This document shows, piece by piece, positions 47,583 through 57,548 of a stretch of DNA of 64,000 nt (position 1 is its first letter; each line of letters starts with the position of its first letter). The stretch comes from Candidatus Nomurabacteria bacterium RIFCSPHIGHO2_01_FULL_37_25 (GTDB lineage: Bacteria > Patescibacteriota > Minisyncoccia > Phycocordibacterales > UBA9973). The translations under genes were made by a program, and so were the position numbers. The notes under the pieces were generated by a model that ran no database searches, was not told where the DNA came from, and saw only the letters and a program-made list of their open reading frames with translations. Location: positions 21,666-85,665 of the forward strand of contig MFTH01000016.1 of the NCBI GenBank assembly GCA_001786765.1, given 5' to 3'.

Positions 47583-48282
47583 AGAAATAAATAAAGATTA
47601 TATACATCATCAAAAATTTCTTTTTACAGATGTCCTGAAAGAAGTGGTTTTTGGCATAGAAGATGGTATGGTTTCAACCTTAGGTTCAATTACTGGCATA
47701 GCCATAGGTAGCAACAACCAGGCTATAGTTATTCTCGCAGGGGTGGTTATTATTTCCGTAGAATCTATTTCTATGGGTATAGGGTCTTATCTGTCAAATC
47801 GCTCTCAAGAAGAAATGGAAGAAAGAAAAATAAAAGAAGAAAAAGAAGAATTAGAACAATTTCCAGAAGAAGAAAAAGAAGAACTCCACCAAATGTATTT
47901 GAAGGATGGTTGGTCAAAAAATTTAGCAACCCAAATGTCCGAGGAAGTATCTAAAAATAAAGAACTTATGTTGAAAGAAATGATTATGCGTGAATTGAAA
48001 ATCTCGGGTGATCAAGAGTCTGTATCTACTAAAGGTGGATTCTATATGTTTTTCGCTTATGTTTTGGGTGGGGTAATTCCATTATTTGCTTATTTTATTT
48101 TACCTATCAAAAATGCCATTCCTCTTTCAATAACAATAACTTTGATTGGGCTTTTTGCTCTCGGAATGAGTACTACGAAGTTTACTAAACAGCCTTTAAT
48201 AAAATCAGGTTTGAGAGTTCTAGCGCTGGGGGGCGTAGCTCTAATAGCCGGACTTGTCGCTGGAATATTTCTAGGACAATAA
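47569..48282 (+). CDS. VIT1/CCC1 iron/manganese transporter
   Basis: VFGIEDGMVS, SMGIGSYLS and GGVIPL motifs. Confidence 0.9.
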   Translation: MEIHKEINKDYIHHQKFLFTDVLKEVVFGIEDGMVSTLGSITGIAIGSNNQAIVILAGVVIISVESISMGIGSYLSNRSQEEMEERKIKEEKEELEQFPEEEKEELHQMYLKDGWSKNLATQMSEEVSKNKELMLKEMIMRELKISGDQESVSTKGGFYMFFAYVLGGVIPLFAYFILPIKNAIPLSITITLIGLFALGMSTTKFTKQPLIKSGLRVLALGGVALIAGLVAGIFLGQ

Positions 48283-48285
48283 TTC

Positions 48286-48361
48286 TGGAGCCGGCAGGGG
48301 GATTCGAACCCGCGACCTTCGCTTTACAAAAGCGTTGCTCTACCAACTGAGCTATGCCGGC
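48286..48361 (-). tRNA. tRNA-Thr(TGT), CCA encoded
   Basis: gccggcatagctcagttggtagagc..cgct-ttTGTaa-agcg..ggttcgaatcc..gccggctcca. Confidence 0.95.
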
Positions 48362-48395
48362 AATTACTAACTCAGATACAATATCATATTACTTC

Positions 48396-48524
48396 GAATT
48401 ATGAAACTCAAAAATATAACTTTATGCAGGGGTTTCGAGGCTGACGAGCCGAGAACTTCAAGATTTTTTAAGCTTCAAAAAATCTGTACCGGAAGAAAGT
48501 TGATATTTTTGAGTTTCATAATTC
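48396..48524 (+). repeat. Family A multi-stem repeat, copy 6
   Basis: Arms gaattatgaaactcaaaaatat / atatttttgagtttcataattc. Confidence 0.92.
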
Positions 48525-48535
48525 ATAAATATTAT

Positions 48536-48937
48536 TTACAAATTCTCTTCTTTTTTGATTTTGTGTTTAATTTCTCTGATTTTGTTTTTGTAGTCTCCTA
48601 TGATTCTTAAGAATTTAGAAATTTCTTTCTCTTCGCCATTTGGATTATTTTTTTTACCCAAAGTCTTTATTTTAATTTTTATTTCCTGATATTTATTTTT
48701 TAAAAAATTAGAGAATCGGATATACGACCGAAGTATTTCCACTAATAATATATGTCCGTATTTTTTTATATTTTTAATAGTAAAAAGTTTAATTTTTTCT
48801 AAGTGTGAAATTCTAAAAAGAACTTCTATATTGCTAGTTATTATTTGTCCGTTTTGTAATAAAAATAATTTTTTCCCTATCATAAAAATGATAGAAAAAA
48901 GCGATGTAAAGAATAAAATTAGAAGAAAATATATCAT
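48536..48937 (-). CDS. Hypothetical membrane-anchored basic protein
   Basis: N-terminal TM; same strand and directly downstream of tsf. Confidence 0.7.
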   Translation of the reverse strand: MIYFLLILFFTSLFSIIFMIGKKLFLLQNGQIITSNIEVLFRISHLEKIKLFTIKNIKKYGHILLVEILRSYIRFSNFLKNKYQEIKIKIKTLGKKNNPNGEEKEISKFLRIIGDYKNKIREIKHKIKKEENL

Positions 48938-48943
48938 ATTATT

Positions 48944-49723
48944 TTATATTGAATAAACTTTTACTTCCTTTATTTTTGCTTTTGATTTTTCTAAAAGCTC
49001 ATTGATTGATTCCTCTCCATTTTTAATAAACGGTTGTTCCAACAAAGTTTTTTCTTTAAAATAAGTATTGATTTTGCCGTCTAGCATTTTTTTCTTTATT
49101 TCTTCAGGTTTGTCTATACTTGCTAATTCTTTTTGGAAAATTTCTAACATCATTTTTCTTGTATCAGAAGTTATTTCATCTGACGTTATGTATTCTGGTT
49201 TCATTGCGGTAATGTGCATCGCTATGTCTTTTGCAAGTTCTGTATTTCCACCAATTAAGCTAACGATTACTCCAGATTTATTGTTGTGCACATAACCTCC
49301 TAGAACATCGCCTGATACTTCATAGACATCGCCTAATTGTATGTTTTCCCCAGTTTTTTGAATTACAGTATTTATCATTTCTTTCGCTTCTTCTTTCATT
49401 TTTTCTATTCCATTTTCAAGGACAATGTTCCCCAGATTTTTTAGCAATATTGTAAAGTCTTCATTTCTAGATACAAAATCAGTTTCGCAATGGAGAGATA
49501 CTAAAACAGCTTTTTGATTTTTTATTCCAATCATTACCGCGCCGTCTTTGACCTCGCGGTTGATTTTTTTTAGCGCAATATCCGAGCTCGTCTTTTTTAA
49601 AATAGCCAAAGCTTTTTTCATATCGCCAAGAGCTTCTTCTAAGGCGCGTTTACACTGCATCACGGAAACACCAGTGGCATCACGAAGCTCCTTCACTTGC
49701 TCTGTTGTGATTTGAATAGGCAT
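48944..49723 (-). CDS. tsf: Elongation factor Ts
   Basis: VKELRDATG, CETDFV, DIAMHI and LLEQPFI motifs. Confidence 0.96.
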   Translation of the reverse strand: MPIQITTEQVKELRDATGVSVMQCKRALEEALGDMKKALAILKKTSSDIALKKINREVKDGAVMIGIKNQKAVLVSLHCETDFVSRNEDFTILLKNLGNIVLENGIEKMKEEAKEMINTVIQKTGENIQLGDVYEVSGDVLGGYVHNNKSGVIVSLIGGNTELAKDIAMHITAMKPEYITSDEITSDTRKMMLEIFQKELASIDKPEEIKKKMLDGKINTYFKEKTLLEQPFIKNGEESINELLEKSKAKIKEVKVYSI

Positions 49724-49728
49724 ATCTT

Positions 49729-50487
49729 TTAGAATATTTTTTCGGGAACAGAAGTTGTTCCATTCTTATAAGCATTCGTAATAGCTTGACTGAAAAATTT
49801 TATAGAAGGGATGCTGGAGTCATTACCGACGATAGGGTATTCAATGTCTTTAATATTTGAATCAGAATTCATTAGAGAAATTATGGGCACATTGGATTTC
49901 TTGGCTTCTGTTGTGGCGATATGTTCTTTTTTTGCGTCTATTATAAACAATGCATCTGGAGTTTTTTTCAAGCCAACAAGTCCAGCATAATATCTTTCAA
50001 GCTTTTCTGTTTTTTTTGCCATAACCCCCCGTTCTTTTTTAGTATATTTATCAAGTCCGCCTTCTGCGCTGTCTTTGCGATAATTTTCAAGTTCTACAAT
50101 TCTTTTTCTTATTTCTGTGAAGTTACTCAAAGTGCCTCCAATCCAACGTTCATTAACATAGGGCATATTCAAAGACATAGCCATGTTTTTCGTTGTATCT
50201 TTAGCTTCAGGCTTTGTTCCGACAAAAAGGACAATTTTATTCTGCGCTCCCAAACTTTTTACAAATTCTGTAGCCTTCTCTAGCATAATACTTGTTTTTT
50301 CAAGATTAATTATGTCTATTTTATTTTTTGTAGCGTATATATATTTTGAGAGATTTGGGTGTCTTCTTGTTTTTGAATAGCCGTAATGCGCCCCAACTTT
50401 GAACATTTGTTCTATCAATGACGACCCGACATAGTTTTCTTGGACATCAGTATTCTCTTCCTTTCTATTTACTTTTTGCATTTGCAT
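49729..50487 (-). CDS. rpsB: 30S ribosomal protein S2
   Basis: GAHYG, FVGTK, RWIGGTLSNF and GNDSS motifs. Confidence 0.96.
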   Translation of the reverse strand: MQMQKVNRKEENTDVQENYVGSSLIEQMFKVGAHYGYSKTRRHPNLSKYIYATKNKIDIINLEKTSIMLEKATEFVKSLGAQNKIVLFVGTKPEAKDTTKNMAMSLNMPYVNERWIGGTLSNFTEIRKRIVELENYRKDSAEGGLDKYTKKERGVMAKKTEKLERYYAGLVGLKKTPDALFIIDAKKEHIATTEAKKSNVPIISLMNSDSNIKDIEYPIVGNDSSIPSIKFFSQAITNAYKNGTTSVPEKIF

Positions 50488-50641
50488 AATATAACAGAAA
50501 GTCGCATATTTTGCAAACTCTGTTTTTATGTTTAGAAGTATTTTAAACTTTGACCAAAAGACTTTTTTTGGGTTAAACCTAAAAGAACTTAGGTCGCCCG
50601 AACTTTTTGCAAAGTAAAAAGTTTTAGGGTAAGATAGTCCA

Positions 50642-51925
50642 ATGAGGCAATCTAAACTTTTTACTAAAACAAGAAGAGAAATACCAGCGGACGAGGTGTC
50701 AAAAAACGCGCAGTTGCTTATTCGTGGGGGTTTTATAAATAAAGAAATGGCTGGAGTTTATGATTATCTGCCACTTGGATTATTGGTGCTAAAAAAAATA
50801 GAAAATATTATTCGTGAAGAAATGAATGCTATCGGAGGACAGGAAGTATTGATGAGTACTTTACAAAGGCCTGAACTTTGGGAAAGGACCGATAGATGGG
50901 ATGATAATAAATTACCTTGGTTCAAAACTAATTTGAGAGTTGACGCAGATCATGACAAAGGACGTTCTAAAGAACTTGGTCTTGCCACAACTCACGAGGA
51001 ACCAGTTTCAAATATGCTCGAACAATTTATTTCTTCATATAAAAATTTGCCTTTTTCTTTATATCAATTTCAGACAAAATTTAGAAATGAAGTTAGGGCT
51101 AGGTCTGGTATTATCCGCACTCGTGAATTTATTATGAAAGACCTCTATTCTTTTTCTAAAGATGAAAAAGAGCACGAGAAATTTTATGAACAGGTAAAAG
51201 AAGCCTATAAAAATATTTTTAAGCGTACGGGTATTGGGCATTTAACATATCTTACTTTTGCTTCGGGAGGAGCGTTTTCAAAATTTTCTCACGAGTTTCA
51301 AACTATTACAAGCGCGGGAGAAGACACCATATACGTTGACGAAAATAAAGGAATGGCTGTGAATAAAGAAGTATATAATGATGAAGTTATTAAAAATTTA
51401 GGACTTTCAAAAGATACTTTGGTGGAAAATAAAGCAGTAGAAGTAGGAAATATTTTTACACTTGGCACAAAATTTTCAGATCCTCATTTGGTTTTTACTA
51501 ATGAAAAAGGGAAAAACAATCTAGTATTTATGGGCAGTTATGGTATTGGTCCAGGCAGACTTATGGGCACGGTTGTGGAGGTGCTTTCAGATGATAAAGG
51601 AATAATTTGGCCTGAATCTATAGCGCCATTTCAGATTCATTTACTTGCTCTAGGAGAAGACGAAGTTATTTTAAAAGAATCTAATAAAATCTATGAGACT
51701 TTGGTAAGAAATAATGTTGAAGTTTTGTTTGATGACCGTCTAAACATATCTAGTGGAGAAAAATTTTCTGACGCAGATTTGATGGGCATTCCTCTTAGAG
51801 CAGTTGTTTCCGCTCGAAGTTTAAAGGAGGGAGGAATAGAAATTAAAAAACGCGTTGAAGAAAAGGGGAAAATTATTTCTGAAGATGAATTATTGAAACT
51901 ATGTTTGAAAAACTCTATAAATTAA
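50642..51925 (+). CDS. proS: Prolyl-tRNA synthetase (short, no editing domain)
   Basis: THEE, QTKFRNEVR, REFIMKDLYSF, EVGNIF and GSYGIG motifs. Confidence 0.95.
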   Translation: MRQSKLFTKTRREIPADEVSKNAQLLIRGGFINKEMAGVYDYLPLGLLVLKKIENIIREEMNAIGGQEVLMSTLQRPELWERTDRWDDNKLPWFKTNLRVDADHDKGRSKELGLATTHEEPVSNMLEQFISSYKNLPFSLYQFQTKFRNEVRARSGIIRTREFIMKDLYSFSKDEKEHEKFYEQVKEAYKNIFKRTGIGHLTYLTFASGGAFSKFSHEFQTITSAGEDTIYVDENKGMAVNKEVYNDEVIKNLGLSKDTLVENKAVEVGNIFTLGTKFSDPHLVFTNEKGKNNLVFMGSYGIGPGRLMGTVVEVLSDDKGIIWPESIAPFQIHLLALGEDEVILKESNKIYETLVRNNVEVLFDDRLNISSGEKFSDADLMGIPLRAVVSARSLKEGGIEIKKRVEEKGKIISEDELLKLCLKNSIN

Positions 51926-52947
51926 TTTCTAACGATATAGGTATAGATTTAGGCACATCAAATACCTTAGTCTATTTAAAAGGTCATGGGATAGTGATTA
52001 ACGAACCTTCTGTTGTGGCTGTTAATATCAAGACAAATCAGATTTTAGCAGTTGGCGCAAAAGCTAAAGAAATGTTGGGTCGCACACCCGGACATATCAA
52101 AGCTATTCGTCCGTTGGTGGATGGTGTTATATCGGACTTTGAGGTTACCGAAGAGATGCTTTCCTATTTAATAAATAAAGCAGACAAGATATCTAAAAAA
52201 TTAGCGCGACCGAGAGTTTTGATCGGTGTGCCGACTAACACAACCAATGTTGAAACACGCGCTGTATATGATGCGGCTCGTTCTGCTGGAGCGCGAGAAG
52301 TTTTTTTAGTGGAAGAACCAATGGCTTCGGCTATTGGAGTTAAACTTCCTATCAAGGATCCTGTCGGCTCTATGATTATAGACATCGGTGGAGGAACGAC
52401 TGATATTGCGCTGATTTCTTTGGGTGGAATTGTAAAATCGAAAAATTTAAAAATAGCTGGCGACAGGTTGAATAATGACATAATCACCCATATGCGTGAT
52501 GAATTTAAAATACTTATTGGCGAGAGAACGGCTGAAATGGTAAAAATCGCTATTGGTTCTGTATTGCCTTCCGAATACATGGAAACAGAAATTCATGGAC
52601 GCGATATTTTAACTGGATTGCCTCGCGTTGTGGTAGTGACTGATTCTGATATTCGTGAAGCGCTCAAAGCCTCAATTAAAGAATTAGTGGAAGGTGTAAA
52701 AGATATGCTTGAAACAACGCCACCTGAAATTTTATCCGACATAATGCACAGAGGCATAACTTTATCTGGTGGAGGAGCCTTGATACCCGGACTTGATCGA
52801 CTGTTGGGGCATGTTCTCAAAATCCCAGTCTATGTGGTGGAAGACCCGCTTTCATCTGTTGCGAGAGGCACAGGAATAATTCTAGACAACATGTCATTTT
52901 ATAAAGAAGTTTTGATTGGGAATCAAGATGAGTTACCTCCTAGATAA
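51901..52947 (+). CDS. mreB: Rod shape-determining protein MreB
   Basis: IDLGTSN, EPSVVA, DIGGGTT and GGGAL motifs. Confidence 0.97.
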   Translation: MFEKLYKLISNDIGIDLGTSNTLVYLKGHGIVINEPSVVAVNIKTNQILAVGAKAKEMLGRTPGHIKAIRPLVDGVISDFEVTEEMLSYLINKADKISKKLARPRVLIGVPTNTTNVETRAVYDAARSAGAREVFLVEEPMASAIGVKLPIKDPVGSMIIDIGGGTTDIALISLGGIVKSKNLKIAGDRLNNDIITHMRDEFKILIGERTAEMVKIAIGSVLPSEYMETEIHGRDILTGLPRVVVVTDSDIREALKASIKELVEGVKDMLETTPPEILSDIMHRGITLSGGGALIPGLDRLLGHVLKIPVYVVEDPLSSVARGTGIILDNMSFYKEVLIGNQDELPPR

Positions 52948-53767
52948 AAAAACAAAAAGAAAGAAATTTTTTAGTGTTATATTTATTCTTATTTTTTTAT
53001 TTATTTTTATTTATTTTAGGTCGGGTATTTTTTATGGGTTGTCTTACGCGAGTCATATCATTTTTCGTCCAGTTTTAGTTTTAGGAAATAATATTGGTGA
53101 TAAATTTGTTAATATTAAATCGTATTTTATTTCTAAAAATTCTCTCTATCTGCAAAATCAAAATTTACAATCTGAAATAACTGAAAATAAAATCAAAATT
53201 TCAAATTACAATTCTATTTTAGCTGAAAATATTAATCTCAAGGAGATTTTAGGGCGCCTGCCTGCGCAGACAGGGGAAAATGGAAAAACAGTTACGACTT
53301 TAGCTGTTATTTTATCTAAACCAAACCAAAGTTTTTATAATACGCTTGTTATTGATGCAGGTATAAATGAGGATATAAAAGTAGGAAATATAGTTTTTGC
53401 CCTAGGTCATAGCCAGACGGGCGAGGTATTAAGCAATGTGCCCATTGGACGCATAGTTGAAACTTATTTAAATTCTTCTAAGGTCATTTTGTTTTCAAGT
53501 CCGGGCGAGAAAACACAGGTGATAATATCAGGCAAAGATGTTTTTTCGGAGATTATCGGGCGAGGAGGAGGAGGTAATTTTGAAATGATAATGCCTCAAG
53601 ATTTCACATTAGCAAAAGGAGATCAAGTGGTTTTACCCGGTATTGTTCCTTATGTTTTAGGTATTGTAGAAACGATAATTTCCGACCCGCGTGATTCTTC
53701 TGTCAAAGCGTTACTTGTAAGTCCAGTAAATATTCAGGAGTTGAAGTTTGTAGGGGTAAAGTCATAA
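52928..53767 (+). CDS. mreC: Rod shape-determining protein MreC
   Basis: TM, coiled coil (ENINLKEIL), IDAG...IGRI; follows mreB. Confidence 0.88.
   Translation: MSYLLDKKTKRKKFFSVIFILIFLFIFIYFRSGIFYGLSYASHIIFRPVLVLGNNIGDKFVNIKSYFISKNSLYLQNQNLQSEITENKIKISNYNSILAENINLKEILGRLPAQTGENGKTVTTLAVILSKPNQSFYNTLVIDAGINEDIKVGNIVFALGHSQTGEVLSNVPIGRIVETYLNSSKVILFSSPGEKTQVIISGKDVFSEIIGRGGGGNFEMIMPQDFTLAKGDQVVLPGIVPYVLGIVETIISDPRDSSVKALLVSPVNIQELKFVGVKS
53257..53274. repeat. Family D 18-bp palindrome in mreC (LPAQTG)
   Basis: cctgcctgcgcagacagg. Confidence 0.72.
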
Positions 53768-53813
53768 AAATAATTGCATTTTTTTTGATACTTGTTATAA
53801 TAATTTCACTTTA

Positions 53814-55223
53814 ATGCCAGAGAAAAAAACTAAAAAAATAAAAAAACAGGGAAAGAATTGGAGAAAATTTTGGAAACTGGGAGTTCCTGAATTTAATACT
53901 CAATATTTTGACGTGACCAAAGATGGAGAGCTAGTGGTGCAGGAAGGAAATTATATTTATAATTTGAATGAAATTATAAAAAAATACGGCACGCCCACTG
54001 AAATAGTTTTCCCTTTTATTTTAGAAGAACGTCTGGAAGATTTACAAGATTACTTTCGCGCCTATATGAAAATAGGAGGATATCGTGGTAAATTTTATTA
54101 TCATTACCCGATGAAAGTGAACCAGAATAAAGAGTTTATCATGCCACTCATTTCTGAAGGAGCGCATATGGAGGTTGGTTCAGTCAATGAGCTATGGCTG
54201 ATAAAAAAGCTCTGGGAAGCGGAGAAATTTCATTCTAAAATTCGAGTATTTTGTAATGGACCGAAAACTGAAACATACATAGAACTTATAGAAGAATTAC
54301 GGTCTAAAAATCTTTCCATTGTGCCTATCATAGAAGACGAGCATGAACTTGACAGATTGTCTAAATATAAAGGAGATGTGGGTATTCGGGTTAATTTAGA
54401 TACTAAAGCAGACACTCACTGGGATAAAAAAGTTGACCGTTTTGGTTTCTCAAGCAAGGAACTTTTGGATTTACCGAAAATGAAAAATTTAAAAGTTCTT
54501 CATTATCATATAGGTTCACAGATTAATACTGCCGGAAGCGTGCTCAAGCCTATCGAAGAAGCAATGAATCTATATATAAAATTACTAAAAAATCAACCGA
54601 ATTTGGAAACACTAGATGTCGGTGGTGGCTTTGGTGTTCCGTATGAAAAAAAATCTTTTTATGGAGCAAAAAAAGTTTCAGAACAGATAGTTAAACTTCT
54701 AAAGAAAATGAGTGATAACGCTGGCATTAAACATCCAAATCTGGCAGTAGAGTGGGGGCGTTATATTGTAGCTCCAGCGCAGGTTACCATTTATAGTATT
54801 ATCGCAGAAAAACCAATTCCAAAAGCAAATGCCAAATCCTGGTATGTAATTGATGGAAGTTTTATGAATGATCTTCTGGACACTTGGGCTATCCACCAAA
54901 AATGGCACATAGCGCCGGTCAATCATGCTAATACAACAGCCCTAAAGAGCGTATGGCTAGCGGGAAGTTCTTGTGATTCAGATGACAAATATACCTCCGG
55001 GGGTAGTTATGTATTGATGCCTAAGTTAAAAGAAGGGGAAACACAATATTTGGCAATTTTTGATACTGGCGCTTATCAAGACGCGCTCGCTTCTCATCAC
55101 TGTCTTCTTTCTTCTCCCACCAAATTGATTGCTCAAGATGGGACAATAAAGATTGCTCGCAAAAGAGAAACAGCTGATTCTATCGCTAAACTTTTTGGCT
55201 GGAATAATGGAGACCATAAATAG
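53814..55223 (+). CDS. PLP-dependent fold-III decarboxylase, arginine decarboxylase-like
   Basis: YPMKVNQ, HYHIGSQ, DVGGGFG, SCDSDD and GAYQ motifs. Confidence 0.85.
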   Translation: MPEKKTKKIKKQGKNWRKFWKLGVPEFNTQYFDVTKDGELVVQEGNYIYNLNEIIKKYGTPTEIVFPFILEERLEDLQDYFRAYMKIGGYRGKFYYHYPMKVNQNKEFIMPLISEGAHMEVGSVNELWLIKKLWEAEKFHSKIRVFCNGPKTETYIELIEELRSKNLSIVPIIEDEHELDRLSKYKGDVGIRVNLDTKADTHWDKKVDRFGFSSKELLDLPKMKNLKVLHYHIGSQINTAGSVLKPIEEAMNLYIKLLKNQPNLETLDVGGGFGVPYEKKSFYGAKKVSEQIVKLLKKMSDNAGIKHPNLAVEWGRYIVAPAQVTIYSIIAEKPIPKANAKSWYVIDGSFMNDLLDTWAIHQKWHIAPVNHANTTALKSVWLAGSSCDSDDKYTSGGSYVLMPKLKEGETQYLAIFDTGAYQDALASHHCLLSSPTKLIAQDGTIKIARKRETADSIAKLFGWNNGDHK

Positions 55224-55237
55224 TTTGTAAAATAAAA

Positions 55238-55690
55238 ATGCAAAAAAGATTTTCTATTTTTATAATTATTTTTTTCTTTTTAGCGGGATTTTTTTTAATT
55301 AATCAGCCTTCTAAAAATTTAAAGGCTGAAAATATTAAAGAAGTGGAAATAGCTGGAGTTAATATTAAAGTTGAACTCGCTTTAATTCCAGAAACCCAAA
55401 TACAAGGACTCTCGGACCGACAATATCTGAATAATAACGAAGGTATGCTATTTGTTTTTGATTATCCAGACAAATATCCTTTTTGGATGAAAAGTATGAA
55501 TTTCGCAATAGATATTATTTGGATCGGGAAAGATATGAATGTAGTTTATATAAAAAAATATGCTCGACCGGAAGAATATCCTAATACTTATATTCCTGAT
55601 AAAGATGCCAAGTATATCTTAGAAGTTGTAGCAGGTTTTTCCGATAAAAATAATCTACAAGTTGGAGATAAAATTAAGTTTACATATTGA
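55238..55690 (+). CDS. DUF192 protein
   Basis: GLSDR...EGMLFVF, FWMKSM..IDIIW and YILEV motifs. Confidence 0.9.
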   Translation: MQKRFSIFIIIFFFLAGFFLINQPSKNLKAENIKEVEIAGVNIKVELALIPETQIQGLSDRQYLNNNEGMLFVFDYPDKYPFWMKSMNFAIDIIWIGKDMNVVYIKKYARPEEYPNTYIPDKDAKYILEVVAGFSDKNNLQVGDKIKFTY

Positions 55691-55713
55691 TAATTTATGG
55701 TATGATTGTATCT

Positions 55714-56193
55714 GGTCCTGCATTGGATAGCTACTATTACCCGCCTTCGCTTAGGCTATGGCGTGGTGATAGAGGAAAGTCCGAACACAGACCAGTTCTT
55801 TTTTAAAAGAGTTGGTAGCATGGTAGTGGGTAACGCCCACATATAGCAATATATAGGTGCGAGCAGAGACGTCTTAATTCGAAAGAATTAAGATATCCAG
55901 TAATGGATAAATCTTTATATAAACTCAGGGCTTGCCCTGAGCGAAGTCGAAGGGTGAAACGGCTAAATCCTTACCTCTGTGCAAGATCGTGCCCCGCCCT
56001 CTTGAGTGCTGAACTTTATGTTTGCAATATATTTAGTCAGATATTTTGTAACGTTGAATTGAAAAAGTTTATATTGAGCACTCAAGAGGGCGGGGAGAAT
56101 CGCTTGAGCCCGAGAGTAATCGAGGGCCTAGATAAATTGCTATCTATTTTGTTTTAACAAAATACACAAAATTCGGCTTATAGATGCAAGACC
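55714..56193 (+). ncRNA. rnpB: RNase P RNA (enlarged, ~480 nt)
   Basis: GAGGAAAGTCC, GGGTGAAACGG, CTAGATAAAT and ACAAAATTCGGCTTAT landmarks; P1 ggtcctgcat / atgcaagacc. Confidence 0.92.
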
Positions 56194-56203
56194 AAAAAAA
56201 TGA

Positions 56204-56230
56204 AAAATCCTCTCGCAAGAGAGGATTTTT
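56204..56230 (+). terminator. Terminator after rnpB
   Basis: aaaatcctctc-gcaa-gagaggattttt. Confidence 0.8.
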
Positions 56231-56303
56231 CTGTGTTATTATGTCAAAATTTATTTGACGACTAAAACTGTTTTGTTGTATTATATAAACATAGTAAATT
56301 ACT

Positions 56304-57530
56304 ATGCTCACAGAGAATTTTAAAAATTTTAATAACTTACTAGAAACTCGTAAAGTCGAGCAGAGAAGACATGAAGAGATACTTTTAGAAAAATTAGAAA
56401 TTGGTGGTAATTGTGATTTGTTTGATGGCTCAACTTTAGAACTTCTTGGTAAAATTTTACAGGATACTGAGGAAAAAGGTTTAATGAGATTAAAGGTTTT
56501 TAATAACGTTATTAATTGGATTGTTCCTAAAATGGCAGGTGTTGGTACTGGAGCGGTTGCTATGGACGAAGGAAGTAAATATGCAGCTGAAATAGCTAAG
56601 GGGTATCTTAGAGAAAAAATGTTATTAGAGGTTGGAAGCAAAAATGTTCCTATGCCAAGTAAAGCTGTTGAAACAATTACTCAGCAGGTTACTCAAACAG
56701 ACTTTTTTGGTACCTTAAGAGATACGGTTAACTCAATAGCTAATACTGCGCAGGCTGCGCTTGTTCATGCAACAGAAAAAGTTCAAGAAGGCGGAGCGAT
56801 GGCCGTAAATTATGCTTCAGAAACATTTATAAACAATATTGCTGGTCCCACAACCGAGATGCTTTCAAAACCACCCCTTGCTGTCGGAGCTTTTCTTTTA
56901 GGCGCTGGTATTGTAGGTGGTGGGCTAAGCATGATTCATACTATGCGTGAGCGGTCGGGGTTTGGATTGATAGACAACCTGATACAAAAATCATATGAGT
57001 TTATTGAAAATGGTAAAATATCAGAAGATAGCCATGACCCTAGGCTTGACCTAATTGCATATTTCAAAAATGTGTCCGAAGACCCTAAACATCTTGGACA
57101 TAAACTTTCACAAGAAGAATGGTTGATATTCGCTGGGTCAGTACGTGCTGCTCGCGCAAGTGTTCTTCATGATATGACACAGGCTCCACGTATTGTTGTA
57201 GGGGAGGAAGTAAAAGAAGGAATAAATAGACAGGAAAAAATTGTTGAAGATATAGTTAGCAACCAACAAGCTCTTGCTGAATCTGATATTGCATTAGCGA
57301 CAGAGATACTTTCACAGTTCGGTGAACATCTTGGAAAAGATATAGACCCAATTAAGCAAAAGTTAAAATATGACAACAATCTTTTACCAAAGATTAGTTT
57401 ATATAGTAAGGTTTTTATACGAGGTGGTTTTGATGCTACTGGTATTCCAATGGCATGGCGAATAGCGACCTTTGGATTTAAAAGTGCGCACAAAGCCGCA
57501 CGTGTTGCTACTTTCGGTGCGATACCTTAA
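56304..57530 (+). CDS. Hypothetical helical protein with Gly/Ala-rich hydrophobic segments
   Basis: 408-aa ORF with upstream TTGACG and a -10-like box; no family recognised. Confidence 0.75.
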   Translation: MLTENFKNFNNLLETRKVEQRRHEEILLEKLEIGGNCDLFDGSTLELLGKILQDTEEKGLMRLKVFNNVINWIVPKMAGVGTGAVAMDEGSKYAAEIAKGYLREKMLLEVGSKNVPMPSKAVETITQQVTQTDFFGTLRDTVNSIANTAQAALVHATEKVQEGGAMAVNYASETFINNIAGPTTEMLSKPPLAVGAFLLGAGIVGGGLSMIHTMRERSGFGLIDNLIQKSYEFIENGKISEDSHDPRLDLIAYFKNVSEDPKHLGHKLSQEEWLIFAGSVRAARASVLHDMTQAPRIVVGEEVKEGINRQEKIVEDIVSNQQALAESDIALATEILSQFGEHLGKDIDPIKQKLKYDNNLLPKISLYSKVFIRGGFDATGIPMAWRIATFGFKSAHKAARVATFGAIP

Positions 57531-57548
57531 AAATTAATAAAAAAATAT

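Noticed and set aside
5603-48610. Short ORFs sharing the peptide GFEAVEPRTSGFFKL (45044, 48401, 15049, 7723, 8751) and the antisense ORF at 5603
   Set aside because: They are translations of the family A repeat with inconsistent starts and stops, not a protein family.
55903-56157. 84-aa ORF
   Set aside because: It lies inside the RNase P RNA.
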